From Vicinamibacteria bacterium (GTDB lineage Bacteria > Acidobacteriota > Vicinamibacteria > Fen-336): DNA of 64,000 bases. Below the pieces are notes generated by a model. That model was not told the DNA's origin and did not search any database. It saw nothing but the letters and a program-made list of their open reading frames with translations. The stretch is taken from NCBI GenBank assembly GCA_041493035.1, contig JBGPYB010000002.1, positions 29,087-93,086 of the forward strand, given 5' to 3'. Positions 48,297-57,834 of this stretch are shown here, piece by piece (position 1 is the stretch's first letter; each line of letters starts with the position of its first letter). Made by a program: the position numbers and the translations under genes.

Positions 48297-49255
48297 GGCT
48301 CATCCGTCGCCAGGTTCCCCACCTCGCTGCGGAGCTTCGCGACCAGAGCCTCGTTTTCCTCGGCCCGGCGCCGCGCGTCGTCCTCGTACCTCCGGGCGCT
48401 CGCTTGGTCGTTCAGGGCCGCGCAGGTGAGAGCGAGCTGGTGGTGGATCTTGGCGGACCCCGGATTTGCGGCCGCAGCCTTGTCGAGGACGCCGCGTGCC
48501 TCCACGGGGCGCTCCCGTGCAAGGAGCACCATGCCCAAGGCCAGGTTTGCGACAGCGTGGGCGGGGGATCGCGCCAGCACGCGCCGTGCGTGAGTCTCGG
48601 CCGACGACAGGTCACCGAGGCTCACCTCGCACTCCGCCAGGGCGGCCGTCGCGTCGGCGTCGTCGGGCTCCAGCTCGAGGCCTCGAAGAAGGTACGGCTC
48701 CGCCTGAGCGTAGAGATCGTGGCCAATCAGGGCGACCCCCAGTGCGATGAGAGTTGACGCTTTGGCGGGCTCCAGCCTCTCGGCGCGCCGCAAGACCGTG
48801 GCCGCTGCCTGCAGATCGCCAGCGCGTATCAAGGCCCTCCCGAGAATGAGGTGGTGTTGCGCGACGTTGGGCGACATGCGCGTCAGCGGCTCCAAGGCCG
48901 AGACGGCGGGCAACGAGGCGCCGACTGCGAGGGAGGCCTCGGCGAAGGCGACGAGGACGGCCTCCGAGTTCGGGGCCGCAGCCCGGGCCCGGGCGAGCGA
49001 GTCGAGGGCGCCTCTTGGATCGCCTCCGCTCGATTGAAGCTCGGCGAGCTGGAGCAGCGCCCGCACCGACCGAAAGCGGTCGGCCGCCTCACGCAGGCGA
49101 GCGGCTGCCTCGGCGCGGCGGCCGGCGGCGAGGTCCGCAGCCGCGCGTTGCAGGAGCATCCGCCGCTCGGGTGTAGGCGGGGCCGGGTACGTCGTCTGGG
49201 CCGCCACGGGCCCGGCCAAGAGAAGCATCCACGGGAGATGTCCGTTCGACCTCAC
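48293..49255 (-). CDS. TPR-repeat protein
   Basis: An ATGA overlap joins it to the CRTAC1 gene. It has multiple 34-aa TPR-like units and is rich in Ala, Leu and Arg. Confidence 0.7.
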   Translation of the reverse strand: MRSNGHLPWMLLLAGPVAAQTTYPAPPTPERRMLLQRAAADLAAGRRAEAAARLREAADRFRSVRALLQLAELQSSGGDPRGALDSLARARAAAPNSEAVLVAFAEASLAVGASLPAVSALEPLTRMSPNVAQHHLILGRALIRAGDLQAAATVLRRAERLEPAKASTLIALGVALIGHDLYAQAEPYLLRGLELEPDDADATAALAECEVSLGDLSSAETHARRVLARSPAHAVANLALGMVLLARERPVEARGVLDKAAAANPGSAKIHHQLALTCAALNDQASARRYEDDARRRAEENEALVAKLRSEVGNLATDEP

Positions 49256-50676
49256 GGTTCGCCTCCTCGTCGCTTTTCCTTCAACTCCCGGAAGACTTCG
49301 AACTGTTCCTGAGCGGGCTCCGCGCGCCCGAGCCTCTGGTACGCCTGCGCAAGCTGGTAGTGGGTGTTGGCCTCCTTCGGGGCGAGACGCACAGCCGCCT
49401 CCAGGTGCTCCACCGCCGCAGCCGCGTCACCCTGGGCCAGAAGGATCTTGCCGAGCAGGTATCGCGCATCGGCGAAGTCCGGCTTCAGCCTGAGGGCCGA
49501 GCGAAGCAGGGGAAGAGCCTCCTCCGTCCGTCCTTCGAGGTCGAGAACCGTCGCGAGGTTGTGTTCCGATTTCACGTCCGCAGGCTGCCCCTTCACCTCC
49601 GCCCGCAGTGCCGCCTCCGCCTCCGCAAGGCGACCTTGCTTGAGATACATCACTCCCAGCGTGGCGTTCGCCTCGGCCACCTCGGGCTTCAGATGGAGTG
49701 CTCGCTGCAACGACTCTATGGCCGATACGTAGTCGCCCTCCTTGGCGTAGGCCTGTCCGAGCATCACCGACAGCTCGGCCGAGTCGCCGTGTTCCCGGAG
49801 GAGCCGGGAGAAGACCTGCTCCGCCTCTGCCGCGCGGTCGCTGCGCACCAGCGCCAGGCCGTAGGTGTACTGGAGGGAGGAGTTCGTGTTGCGCTCCGGG
49901 TCGCCCCGGAGGAGGTCGGCGGCCTTGTCGTAGGCTTCGGTGTTGACCCAGGCCATCGCCAGCATGCTCTTGAGGGTCGCGTTCTCGGGGTGCGCCGCGA
50001 GCGCCCGCGAGAGGGGCTCCGCTGCGCGGTCGAACTGCCGTGCGTTGAAACGCGCGACGCCCAGGGAATACTGGATCTGCGGGAATTCGGGGTCGATCTC
50101 CGCCGCTGCGGCAAAGAGCTCGGCGGCGCGATCGAAGCGTTCGCCCTGGGCCTGCATCACGCCGAGGTTCAGATAAGCGCGGGCGAGGCCCGCGGTAGCC
50201 CGAGCGCGGAGTTCGTGCCGCTCCTCCGCGGTCAGCGCCCTGAGCGGAGAGGGGGCGCCCGGCGTCGTATCCAGGAGACCGATGGACCGGAGCGCGCGCT
50301 CCGTCTCGACCGCGACCGTCGATGCGTGGCGGAAGGCTTCGCGGGCCTGCGGCAGCCGCCCGTCGGCGGCCTCGAGGGATCCCATCAGAAGCCAGCCCTC
50401 CATGAGGGCGTCGCGATACCGGCTCTCCGCGCTCTCCCACTCCTCCTCGCGAAGGCCGCTCTCGGCCGCCGACATTGCGCGGTCGAGGGGGGCACCGAGG
50501 TCCGCCCCGACCGTACCTGAGAGCGCCGGCGAGACCAGGCTGATCAGGAGCAGGCCGGCGAGCCAGGGGACAGCACCAGGCGCGCCGCGTCGTTGCACTC
50601 CCACGGTCGCGATTCTATCCCGTGATTCGGGGCACGACCCGGCCATCATAGACGGACGCGGCCTTCGCCGCTCCAA
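49252..50676 (-). CDS. TPR-repeat protein with N-terminal signal/TM (start uncertain)
   Basis: It overlaps the downstream TPR gene by 4 nt. About 10 TPR units are present (AxxxLGxxYxxxGxxxxA patterns). Several in-frame Met codons lie near the 5' end. Confidence 0.7.
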   Translation of the reverse strand: MERRRPRPSMMAGSCPESRDRIATVGVQRRGAPGAVPWLAGLLLISLVSPALSGTVGADLGAPLDRAMSAAESGLREEEWESAESRYRDALMEGWLLMGSLEAADGRLPQAREAFRHASTVAVETERALRSIGLLDTTPGAPSPLRALTAEERHELRARATAGLARAYLNLGVMQAQGERFDRAAELFAAAAEIDPEFPQIQYSLGVARFNARQFDRAAEPLSRALAAHPENATLKSMLAMAWVNTEAYDKAADLLRGDPERNTNSSLQYTYGLALVRSDRAAEAEQVFSRLLREHGDSAELSVMLGQAYAKEGDYVSAIESLQRALHLKPEVAEANATLGVMYLKQGRLAEAEAALRAEVKGQPADVKSEHNLATVLDLEGRTEEALPLLRSALRLKPDFADARYLLGKILLAQGDAAAAVEHLEAAVRLAPKEANTHYQLAQAYQRLGRAEPAQEQFEVFRELKEKRRGGEP

Positions 50677-50759
50677 AGACTCTTCGGCCTCTCTTACCGA
50701 TTCTCCCTGTTACCAGGCGTAGTTAACGCTGCGTCCCGACCACTGCATCAGAAAACCGC

Positions 50760-50787
50760 TTGACACCTGGTGGCCTCGTCCTTTAAT
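50760..50787 (+). promoter_or_regulatory. Sigma70-like promoter candidate upstream of the TonB-dependent receptor gene
   Basis: TTGACA lies at 50760-50765. A 16-nt spacer precedes TTTAAT at 50782-50787. Both sit in a locally AT-rich 165-bp intergenic region about 55 nt before the ATG at 50842. Confidence 0.3.
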
Positions 50788-50841
50788 AAGGACAGCAGAC
50801 TTAGTAAAGCAATTTAACTAAGAAACCCGGAGGCGGATCCC

Positions 50842-53800
50842 ATGCGTCAGCGGTTGCCCCTACTCGTCGCCCTCGTTGCCCTGGTCGCGGCCCCCGTCCA
50901 CGCTCAGCGGACCACCGCAACGATCCGCGGCTCCGTCACCGACCCCACGAAGGCGGTCATCGCCGGGGCGAAGGTCACCGTGACCGGGGAAGACACGGGC
51001 TTCACCCGCGTCGTGACCACCAACGCGTCGGGGGTCTACTCCTTCCCGGAGCTGCCCACGGGCAGCTACAGGATTGAAGTGGAGCTGACCGGCTTCAAGT
51101 CGGCCGCGCGCACGAAAGTGGTCCTGAACGTGGCCGACGACAAGAGCGTGGACTTCGAGCTCTCGACCGGTGCCGTCACCGAACAGGTGACCGTGGTGGC
51201 CGACTCCCTCGCGGTGAAGACCATCGGTGGCGAGGTCGCCGGTCTCGTCACGGGAGAGCAGGTGCGCGAGCTTCCATTGAACGGCCGCAACTTTCTCCAG
51301 CTCGCCACTCTCATGCCCGGCGTCAACGCGGGGGACGACTTCAACGCCAAGGACAGGGGCCTCATGGCCGGCATCGACTTCTCGGTGAGCGGCAGCGGGA
51401 CCGGCGGCAACATGTGGACCGTGGACGGCGCCAACAATAACGATGTCGGCTCCAATCACACCATCCTGGTCTTCCCCTCCGTGGATGCCATCGAGGAGTT
51501 CAAGGTCCACCGGAACAGCTACGGCGCCGAGTTCGGGGGGGCGGCCGGAGCACAGGTGAACATCGTCACCCGCAGCGGCACCAATGAGTTCCACGGCAGC
51601 GGCTACTACTTCGGACGCAACGATTCTCTGCTCTCCAAGAACTACTTCCTCGAGCAGGCGGGGCAGCCCAAGGACAAGCTGAGCAGCCACGATTTCGGGT
51701 GGACCCTCGGCGGCCCGATCGTCAAGGACAAGCTCCATTTCTTCGCTTCCCAGGAGTGGAACCGCGAGAAGCGCGGCCTCGTGCGGACCGCCTTCGTGCC
51801 CACGGCTGCCGAACGCACCGGCGACTTCAGCGGGCCCACGGTCGAGGGCTGTTCTTCCCCGGTACCGGTCGACCCGCTCACGGGCCTCGCTTTCCCCGGC
51901 AACAGGATCCCCCAGGGCCGGCTGAGCCCGGCGGGGCTGCTCGTCTTGCAGCTCTACCCGCTCCCCAACGCGACGCCGCGCGACAACTGCAACAACTGGG
52001 TCGACTCCCTCAACACGGGGATCAACTGGCGCCAGGAGAACGCTCGCCTTGACTGGACCATCGGCGCCAAGAGCCGCCTGATGTTGCGCTACACCCAGGA
52101 CAGCTGGACGAACAGCGCGCCCAGCGCCAACCTGTGGGGCGACGATCCGTTTCCGGCCGTGGACTCGAACTGGGAGCAGCCGGGCCGGTCCCTCACGGCG
52201 CAGCTCACCCAGAACATCGGCTCGAACGCGGTCAACACCCTGACGTTCGCTTATTCCGCCAACGTCATCACGGTGACGCGGGGCGGCCTTACCCCGGACC
52301 TAAACGACCAGATCAACGCCGCGATCCCCGGGATTTTTCCGGACAGCCTCAAGGAGTACGGCGCCGGTCGCGGCCATCCCATCTTCGGCAACAGGGGGAG
52401 CTACGACGCAGGTGACTCTGGACTTGCAAACATGGCCCCCTTCAAGAACAACCAGAACCTCTTCGTCCTCAAGGACGACTATTCGGCGGTTTTCGGCAAG
52501 CACTTCTTCAAGGCTGGACTCGTCGGCAGCTACAACCAGAAGAACGAGGACGTCTTCGACCAGGGCTCGGCCGAGTCGTCGACGTTCAACGATTCGGTGG
52601 GCCTGACGGGGAAGGGCGACACGACCGGCAACGTCCTCGCCGATCTCCTGCTCAGGGGGATGGCCTTCGACTTCAGCGAGCCCTCGGCCGAACGTTCGAT
52701 CCAGCAGCGCTGGCGGGACGTCGAAGCCTACGTGGCCGACTCCTGGAAGGTCCACCCCCACGTGACCTTGGACTACGGCCTGCGCTGGTCACGGTTCGAG
52801 AGCCCCTACGACCTCGGGAAAACCATCTCGAGCTTCGACGCGTCCACTTTCAATCCGGCTCTCGGCAGTGATGCGTGCAACGGCATGCTGATCCCCCCGG
52901 GTTCGAACGCCTGCCATGCGGCGGGGCTCCAGGGAGGGACGGCGGGACCCAACGGGGCTCTCGCGAAGACGAACAACTACTTCGCCCCACGCGTCGGGAT
53001 CGCGTGGGACGTCTCCGGAAACGGCAAGACCGCCCTACGCGCGGGCCTCGGCCAGTTCATCGAGCGCGAGTCGCTCCAGAATGGCCTGAACCTCGGCTTC
53101 AACCCGCCGTTCAACAGCCTCCAGGCGGGCAGCCGGACCCTCGACAGCAACGCGGAGCCGTTCCCCGGGGCCTTCGCGACGAACCAGGGCGTCCCGCAAT
53201 ACGGCCTCGATACGGCCGGGAAGTTCGGATACAACTGGCAATGGAACGTCACAGTGGAGCGCGAGGTCGTGCGCAACACGACCCTCGAGCTGAGCTACGT
53301 CGGGAGCAAGGGCTCGCGCCTCCTTCACCCCTACAACGCCAACGAGGTTGCCGGGGGCAATCGCCTCGACTACATCCATGCCGGGACCGACGACGCCGCC
53401 CGGTCGGCGCTGCGCCCGTACGGCATCTTCGGCAACGAGAACATCGCGATCCTGGACCACGGAGGCAGCTCGATCTACCACTCCCTTCAGTCGCAGCTCG
53501 TGAGCCGCTTCGGGCGGGGCTCCCAGTTCCAGGCGTCCTACACTTTCTCGCGCACCATCGGCGATGTGCCGCTGAACGGAAGTGAGAACGGCTTTGACTC
53601 CGGCACCGTCAGCCTCCTCGAGAACCGAGGTCTGGACCGCGGCCTGACCGCGACGCACCGCAAGCACATCTTCAACGCAAGCCTCGTCCTGGTCCTGCCG
53701 GAGCTGGAGGCCAAGTCGGGCTTCGTGAAGAACGTCCTCGGCGGCTGGGAGGTCGCGACCATCGCCCAGGCGGCCTCGGGCGCACCCCTCACGGTTTTCG

Positions 53801-54276
53801 TAGGGGACGTCCCCGACCTCGCTGGCGGCCCGTCAGGCACGGGACTCGCCGATAACCAGCGGCCGAACGTCGTGCCCGGTCAGCCCTGCCGCGCGAGCGA
53901 CCCGGCGCACCCGGAGCAGATCTTGAACCAGAACGCGTGGACGATCACGGGCTTCGAGCTCGGAACGTTCGGTAATTCCGGCCGCGGCATCTGCGAAGGC
54001 CCCAACTTTGTCCAAGTAGATCTGGCCCTCTACAAGAACTTCAAGGTGAGCGGGAAGGTGAAGGCCCAGTTCAGGTTCGAGGTCTTCAACGTCTTCAACC
54101 GCGTCAACTTCGTGAGCGTCAACACGAGCCTGAATCCCATCACCGCCGGCCTCGACACGGGGGACCAGGCGACAGCGACACGGATCACGAGCTTCCAGCC
54201 CGCGGGCGACTTCGGACAGGCCACCGGGACCCGCGATGCAAGGCAGGCCCAATTCGGCATCAAGCTGATGTTCTAG
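50842..54276 (+). CDS. TonB-dependent receptor (Acidobacterial long type with an N-terminal carboxypeptidase-regulatory-like domain)
   Basis: A GGAGG SD and a signal peptide are present. The CarbopepD_reg block reads IRGSVTDPTKAVIAGAKVTV ... SGVYSFPELPTGSYRI. A plug follows. A long barrel ends in ...FGIKLMF. Confidence 0.85.
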   Translation: MRQRLPLLVALVALVAAPVHAQRTTATIRGSVTDPTKAVIAGAKVTVTGEDTGFTRVVTTNASGVYSFPELPTGSYRIEVELTGFKSAARTKVVLNVADDKSVDFELSTGAVTEQVTVVADSLAVKTIGGEVAGLVTGEQVRELPLNGRNFLQLATLMPGVNAGDDFNAKDRGLMAGIDFSVSGSGTGGNMWTVDGANNNDVGSNHTILVFPSVDAIEEFKVHRNSYGAEFGGAAGAQVNIVTRSGTNEFHGSGYYFGRNDSLLSKNYFLEQAGQPKDKLSSHDFGWTLGGPIVKDKLHFFASQEWNREKRGLVRTAFVPTAAERTGDFSGPTVEGCSSPVPVDPLTGLAFPGNRIPQGRLSPAGLLVLQLYPLPNATPRDNCNNWVDSLNTGINWRQENARLDWTIGAKSRLMLRYTQDSWTNSAPSANLWGDDPFPAVDSNWEQPGRSLTAQLTQNIGSNAVNTLTFAYSANVITVTRGGLTPDLNDQINAAIPGIFPDSLKEYGAGRGHPIFGNRGSYDAGDSGLANMAPFKNNQNLFVLKDDYSAVFGKHFFKAGLVGSYNQKNEDVFDQGSAESSTFNDSVGLTGKGDTTGNVLADLLLRGMAFDFSEPSAERSIQQRWRDVEAYVADSWKVHPHVTLDYGLRWSRFESPYDLGKTISSFDASTFNPALGSDACNGMLIPPGSNACHAAGLQGGTAGPNGALAKTNNYFAPRVGIAWDVSGNGKTALRAGLGQFIERESLQNGLNLGFNPPFNSLQAGSRTLDSNAEPFPGAFATNQGVPQYGLDTAGKFGYNWQWNVTVEREVVRNTTLELSYVGSKGSRLLHPYNANEVAGGNRLDYIHAGTDDAARSALRPYGIFGNENIAILDHGGSSIYHSLQSQLVSRFGRGSQFQASYTFSRTIGDVPLNGSENGFDSGTVSLLENRGLDRGLTATHRKHIFNASLVLVLPELEAKSGFVKNVLGGWEVATIAQAASGAPLTVFVGDVPDLAGGPSGTGLADNQRPNVVPGQPCRASDPAHPEQILNQNAWTITGFELGTFGNSGRGICEGPNFVQVDLALYKNFKVSGKVKAQFRFEVFNVFNRVNFVSVNTSLNPITAGLDTGDQATATRITSFQPAGDFGQATGTRDARQAQFGIKLMF

Positions 54277-54339
54277 GCTCGCGAGCGGCCAGGACGTCGG
54301 TTTGACAGGGGCGCGCGGAACCTCTATCAAGTACCCGAG

Positions 54340-57300
54340 ATGCCTCCCCTCCTGCGTCAGCACCTGGCTCTCTATCCGTCGTTGGCTGCGCTCATTCTGG
54401 CCGGTCCCGGAGGCAGGACCGCGGCAGGCGGCGGCATCGCGGATGGCGCGGCGGCTCCGACCGACTTCGTCCGCGACGTGGCGCCCATCCTGGCCGTATC
54501 CTGCGTCCGCTGTCATGGCGAGCGGCCGCTGGGCAACCTTCGTCTCGACACACGCGAGGGTCTCGTGCAAGGCGGCGCGACCGGGCCCGCTGTCGTCCCC
54601 GGAAACGCCAAGGGGAGCCGCTTCTTCGAGCGCCTCGTCCTCGACGATCCGGTGAAGCGGATGCCGTGGCTCTCCGACCCCCTGACGGCCGGACAAATCG
54701 AAACGCTCGAGCGCTGGATCGACGAGGGGGCCCCTTGGCCCGACGGCGTCACCATCGCCGTCGCCACAGCACCGGTGTCCCCGGCTCCCGCGAAGCCACC
54801 GGTCGCGTCCACCACGCCTCTCAGTGCAGGCCCTCGGCTCGTGTTCAACCGCGACGTGCGGCCGATCCTCTCCGACAACTGCTATACCTGCCACGGCCCC
54901 GACCGGAACCGGCGGCAGATGGGCCTGCGCCTCGACCGCGAGGAGGTGGCCAAGTCGCCCCTCCCTTCCGGCAATGTCGCGATCGTTCCGGGCAGCCCCG
55001 AGGAGAGCGCCCTCATCCAGCGCATCACGAACCTCGATGAGCAGAAGCGGATGCCCCACGTCTCCAGCGGCAGGGGGCGCCTGAGTGCCGCGCAGATCGA
55101 GACGCTCCGCCGCTGGATCGAACAGGGGGCGGAATGGCAGCCCCACTGGTCCTACATTCCTCCGACGCGCCCGACAGCTCCCGAGCTCCAGCGCCCCGAC
55201 TGGCCGAGAAGCCCGCTAGACCGCTTCATCCTTGCCGGCATCGAGAGGCAGGGCCTGGCGCCGTCGGCCGAAGCCCTGCCGGGAGAGCTTCTGCGCCGCG
55301 CGAGCCTCGATCTCACGGGCCTTCCGCCGACCCCAGAGGAGGTGCTCATCTTCCTGGCCGACAAGGCGCCCGGCGCCTACGATCGCCAGATCGACCGGCT
55401 TCTCGCGTCACCACGCTTTGGCGAGCGCATGGCCTCCACCTGGCTCGACCTCGTCCGCTATGCCGACAGCGTCGGCTACCACAGCGACAACGCGCGCACC
55501 GTCTGGCGCTACCGCGATTACGTGATCGACGCCTTCAACCGCAACCTGCCCTTCGACCGCTTCACCACGGAGCAGCTCGCCGGGGATCTTCTCCCTGACG
55601 CCACGATGGAGCAGAAGATCGCTTCGGGGTACAACCGGCTCCTTCAGACGACCGAGGAAGGGGGCGCTCAACCGAAGGAGTACCGGGCCATCTATCTCGC
55701 CGACCGGACGAGGAACGCCTCGACGATCTGGCTCGGCGCGACCCTCGGCTGCGCGCAGTGCCACGACCACAAGTTCGACCCGTTCCTCGCGAAAGACTTC
55801 TACAGCTTCGGGGCATTCTTCGCCGATGTGAAGGAAGCGCCGGTGGGACGCCGCGAGCCCAACTATCTGCCCGACGAACGCCAGAAGGTCGTGATCGACG
55901 CCGCCCAGGCCGACATCGAGCGTCTCAAGAAGGAGCTGGAGACGCCGTCGGCGGAGTTGGAGGCCGCCGAGGAGCGATGGGCGAAGAGCATCGCAGGGAC
56001 TCGTGCCTCCGCGTTCACGACGCTCGAGCCGGTGGAAGCCTCCTCGGCGAACGGCACTCAAGTGCTGATACAGGGGAACGACTTCTCCATCATCGCCTCG
56101 ACGGCCTCGGGACCGAAGCCCCCGCGCGACACGTACACGGTCAAGTTCAAGACGGAGCTCAAGGAGATCACGGCCTTCCGGCTCGAGGCTCAGACGTTCG
56201 ACGAGCTGCCGAAGGGAGGGCCCGGTCGTGGGCCCGACGGAAACTTCGTCATCTCGGAACTAGTGGTCCTGGACGCGAGCGGCCGACGCGTCGGCCTTCG
56301 GAACGCGACGGCCTCGACGCCGCCAAGCTCCAAGAAGGGTTTCGGACCGCCGGCTGCGATCGACGGTCGCACCGACAAGGGAGGTTGGGTCCTCGATGCG
56401 GCCGACGGAGCGAGCCATCGTCTCGTCGCCGAGACCCTGACGCCCTTCGGCACGAGCGACGAGACCACTCTCACAGTGGTCCTCCACCAGAACGCGGGAG
56501 AGGGGCGCACCCTAGGTCGCTTCCGCATGGCGGCTTCCGCCGATCCGCAACCGGTGCGCACGGAAGCGGGCCCCGAGGTGCCTCGGGACGTCCGCGATAC
56601 TGCGACGATCGATCGAGGAGCGCGTACGAAAGAGCAGTCCGAGAGCCTCTCGCGCTTCTACCTGCGCATCGCCCCCGAGAAGGCCGCCGCTCGCGTGGCT
56701 CTCCGAGCCGCGGAGCTTCGGAAGGCTGACCTCCTGCGGGATGTCCCTCAATCTCTGATCACGACCACGGAGGAACCCGATACGGTGAAGATCCTGCCGC
56801 GGGGCAACTGGCAGAACGAGACGGGTGAGGTGGTCGAGCCGGCCGTTCCTCATTTCCTGCCCCAGCCTGACACAGGCGGAAAGCGCGCCACACGCCTCGA
56901 TCTGGCCCACTGGCTCGCGTCCAAAGACAACCCGCTCACCGCGCGCGTCTTCGTGAACCGCCTCTGGAAGCTCGCCTTCGGCCAGGGACTCTCCACGACG
57001 CTTCAAGATCTCGGTTCGCAGGGGGAGTGGCCGACGCACCCCGAGCTTCTGGACTGGCTCGCCGTCGAGTTCATCGAGAGCGGCTGGGACGTCAAGCACA
57101 TGGTCAAGACCCTGGTGACCTCGGCGACCTATCGACAATCCGCGCGGGCCTTGAAGGAGTTGGTGGAGCGCGATCCCTACAACCGTCTCTACGCTCGCCA
57201 GTCCCGCTTTCGGCTGGACGCGGAGATGGTGCGCGACAACGCACTCGCCGTCAGCGGCCTTCTCTCGACGCAGATGGGAGGGCCGAGCGTCCATCCCTAT

Positions 57301-57831
57301 CAGCCCAAGGGCTACTGGGCGTACCTCAACTTCCCGCCGCGGGAATGGGAGGACGACGCGGGCGCCCAGCAGTACCGCCGCGGGGTCTACACGTGGTGGC
57401 AGCGGACGTTCCCCCAGCCGAGCCTTCTCGCCTTCGACGCGCCCTCGCGCGAAGAGTGCGTGACGGAGCGCCCGCGTTCCAATGTGCCGCAACAAGCTCT
57501 CGTGCTCCTCAACGACCCGACGTATGTCGAGGCGGGGCGCGTCTTCGCCGAACGGATCGTCCGTCAAGGGGGGGCGAGCTTCGAAGCGCGGCTGCGGTGG
57601 GCCTACGCACACGCCCTCTCTCGTGAACCGAGCACCGAAGAGGTTCGGATCCTCTCGGAGCTGTATCAGAAGCACCGGGCGACGTATCGGGAGGACCGGC
57701 GCGCCGCCGAGAGCCTCGTGTCGACAGGCTTCGCACCGCCCGCGAAGGGGCTCGACGTGGGGGAGCTGGCGGCGTGGACCTCGGTGGCGCGGGCGATCCT
57801 GAACCTCCCCGAGCTCATCACGCGGTCATAG
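54340..57831 (+). CDS. PSCyt1/PSCyt2 (planctomycete-type cytochrome c) - DUF1549 - DUF1553 protein
   Basis: Heme-binding-like CxxCH motifs are present (CVRCHG, CYTCHG, and CAQCHDHKFDPF of the PSD1/DUF1553 region). The product is 1163 aa. Such proteins characteristically pair with DUF1501. Confidence 0.85.
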   Translation: MPPLLRQHLALYPSLAALILAGPGGRTAAGGGIADGAAAPTDFVRDVAPILAVSCVRCHGERPLGNLRLDTREGLVQGGATGPAVVPGNAKGSRFFERLVLDDPVKRMPWLSDPLTAGQIETLERWIDEGAPWPDGVTIAVATAPVSPAPAKPPVASTTPLSAGPRLVFNRDVRPILSDNCYTCHGPDRNRRQMGLRLDREEVAKSPLPSGNVAIVPGSPEESALIQRITNLDEQKRMPHVSSGRGRLSAAQIETLRRWIEQGAEWQPHWSYIPPTRPTAPELQRPDWPRSPLDRFILAGIERQGLAPSAEALPGELLRRASLDLTGLPPTPEEVLIFLADKAPGAYDRQIDRLLASPRFGERMASTWLDLVRYADSVGYHSDNARTVWRYRDYVIDAFNRNLPFDRFTTEQLAGDLLPDATMEQKIASGYNRLLQTTEEGGAQPKEYRAIYLADRTRNASTIWLGATLGCAQCHDHKFDPFLAKDFYSFGAFFADVKEAPVGRREPNYLPDERQKVVIDAAQADIERLKKELETPSAELEAAEERWAKSIAGTRASAFTTLEPVEASSANGTQVLIQGNDFSIIASTASGPKPPRDTYTVKFKTELKEITAFRLEAQTFDELPKGGPGRGPDGNFVISELVVLDASGRRVGLRNATASTPPSSKKGFGPPAAIDGRTDKGGWVLDAADGASHRLVAETLTPFGTSDETTLTVVLHQNAGEGRTLGRFRMAASADPQPVRTEAGPEVPRDVRDTATIDRGARTKEQSESLSRFYLRIAPEKAAARVALRAAELRKADLLRDVPQSLITTTEEPDTVKILPRGNWQNETGEVVEPAVPHFLPQPDTGGKRATRLDLAHWLASKDNPLTARVFVNRLWKLAFGQGLSTTLQDLGSQGEWPTHPELLDWLAVEFIESGWDVKHMVKTLVTSATYRQSARALKELVERDPYNRLYARQSRFRLDAEMVRDNALAVSGLLSTQMGGPSVHPYQPKGYWAYLNFPPREWEDDAGAQQYRRGVYTWWQRTFPQPSLLAFDAPSREECVTERPRSNVPQQALVLLNDPTYVEAGRVFAERIVRQGGASFEARLRWAYAHALSREPSTEEVRILSELYQKHRATYREDRRAAESLVSTGFAPPAKGLDVGELAAWTSVARAILNLPELITRS

Positions 57832-57834
57832 CAG

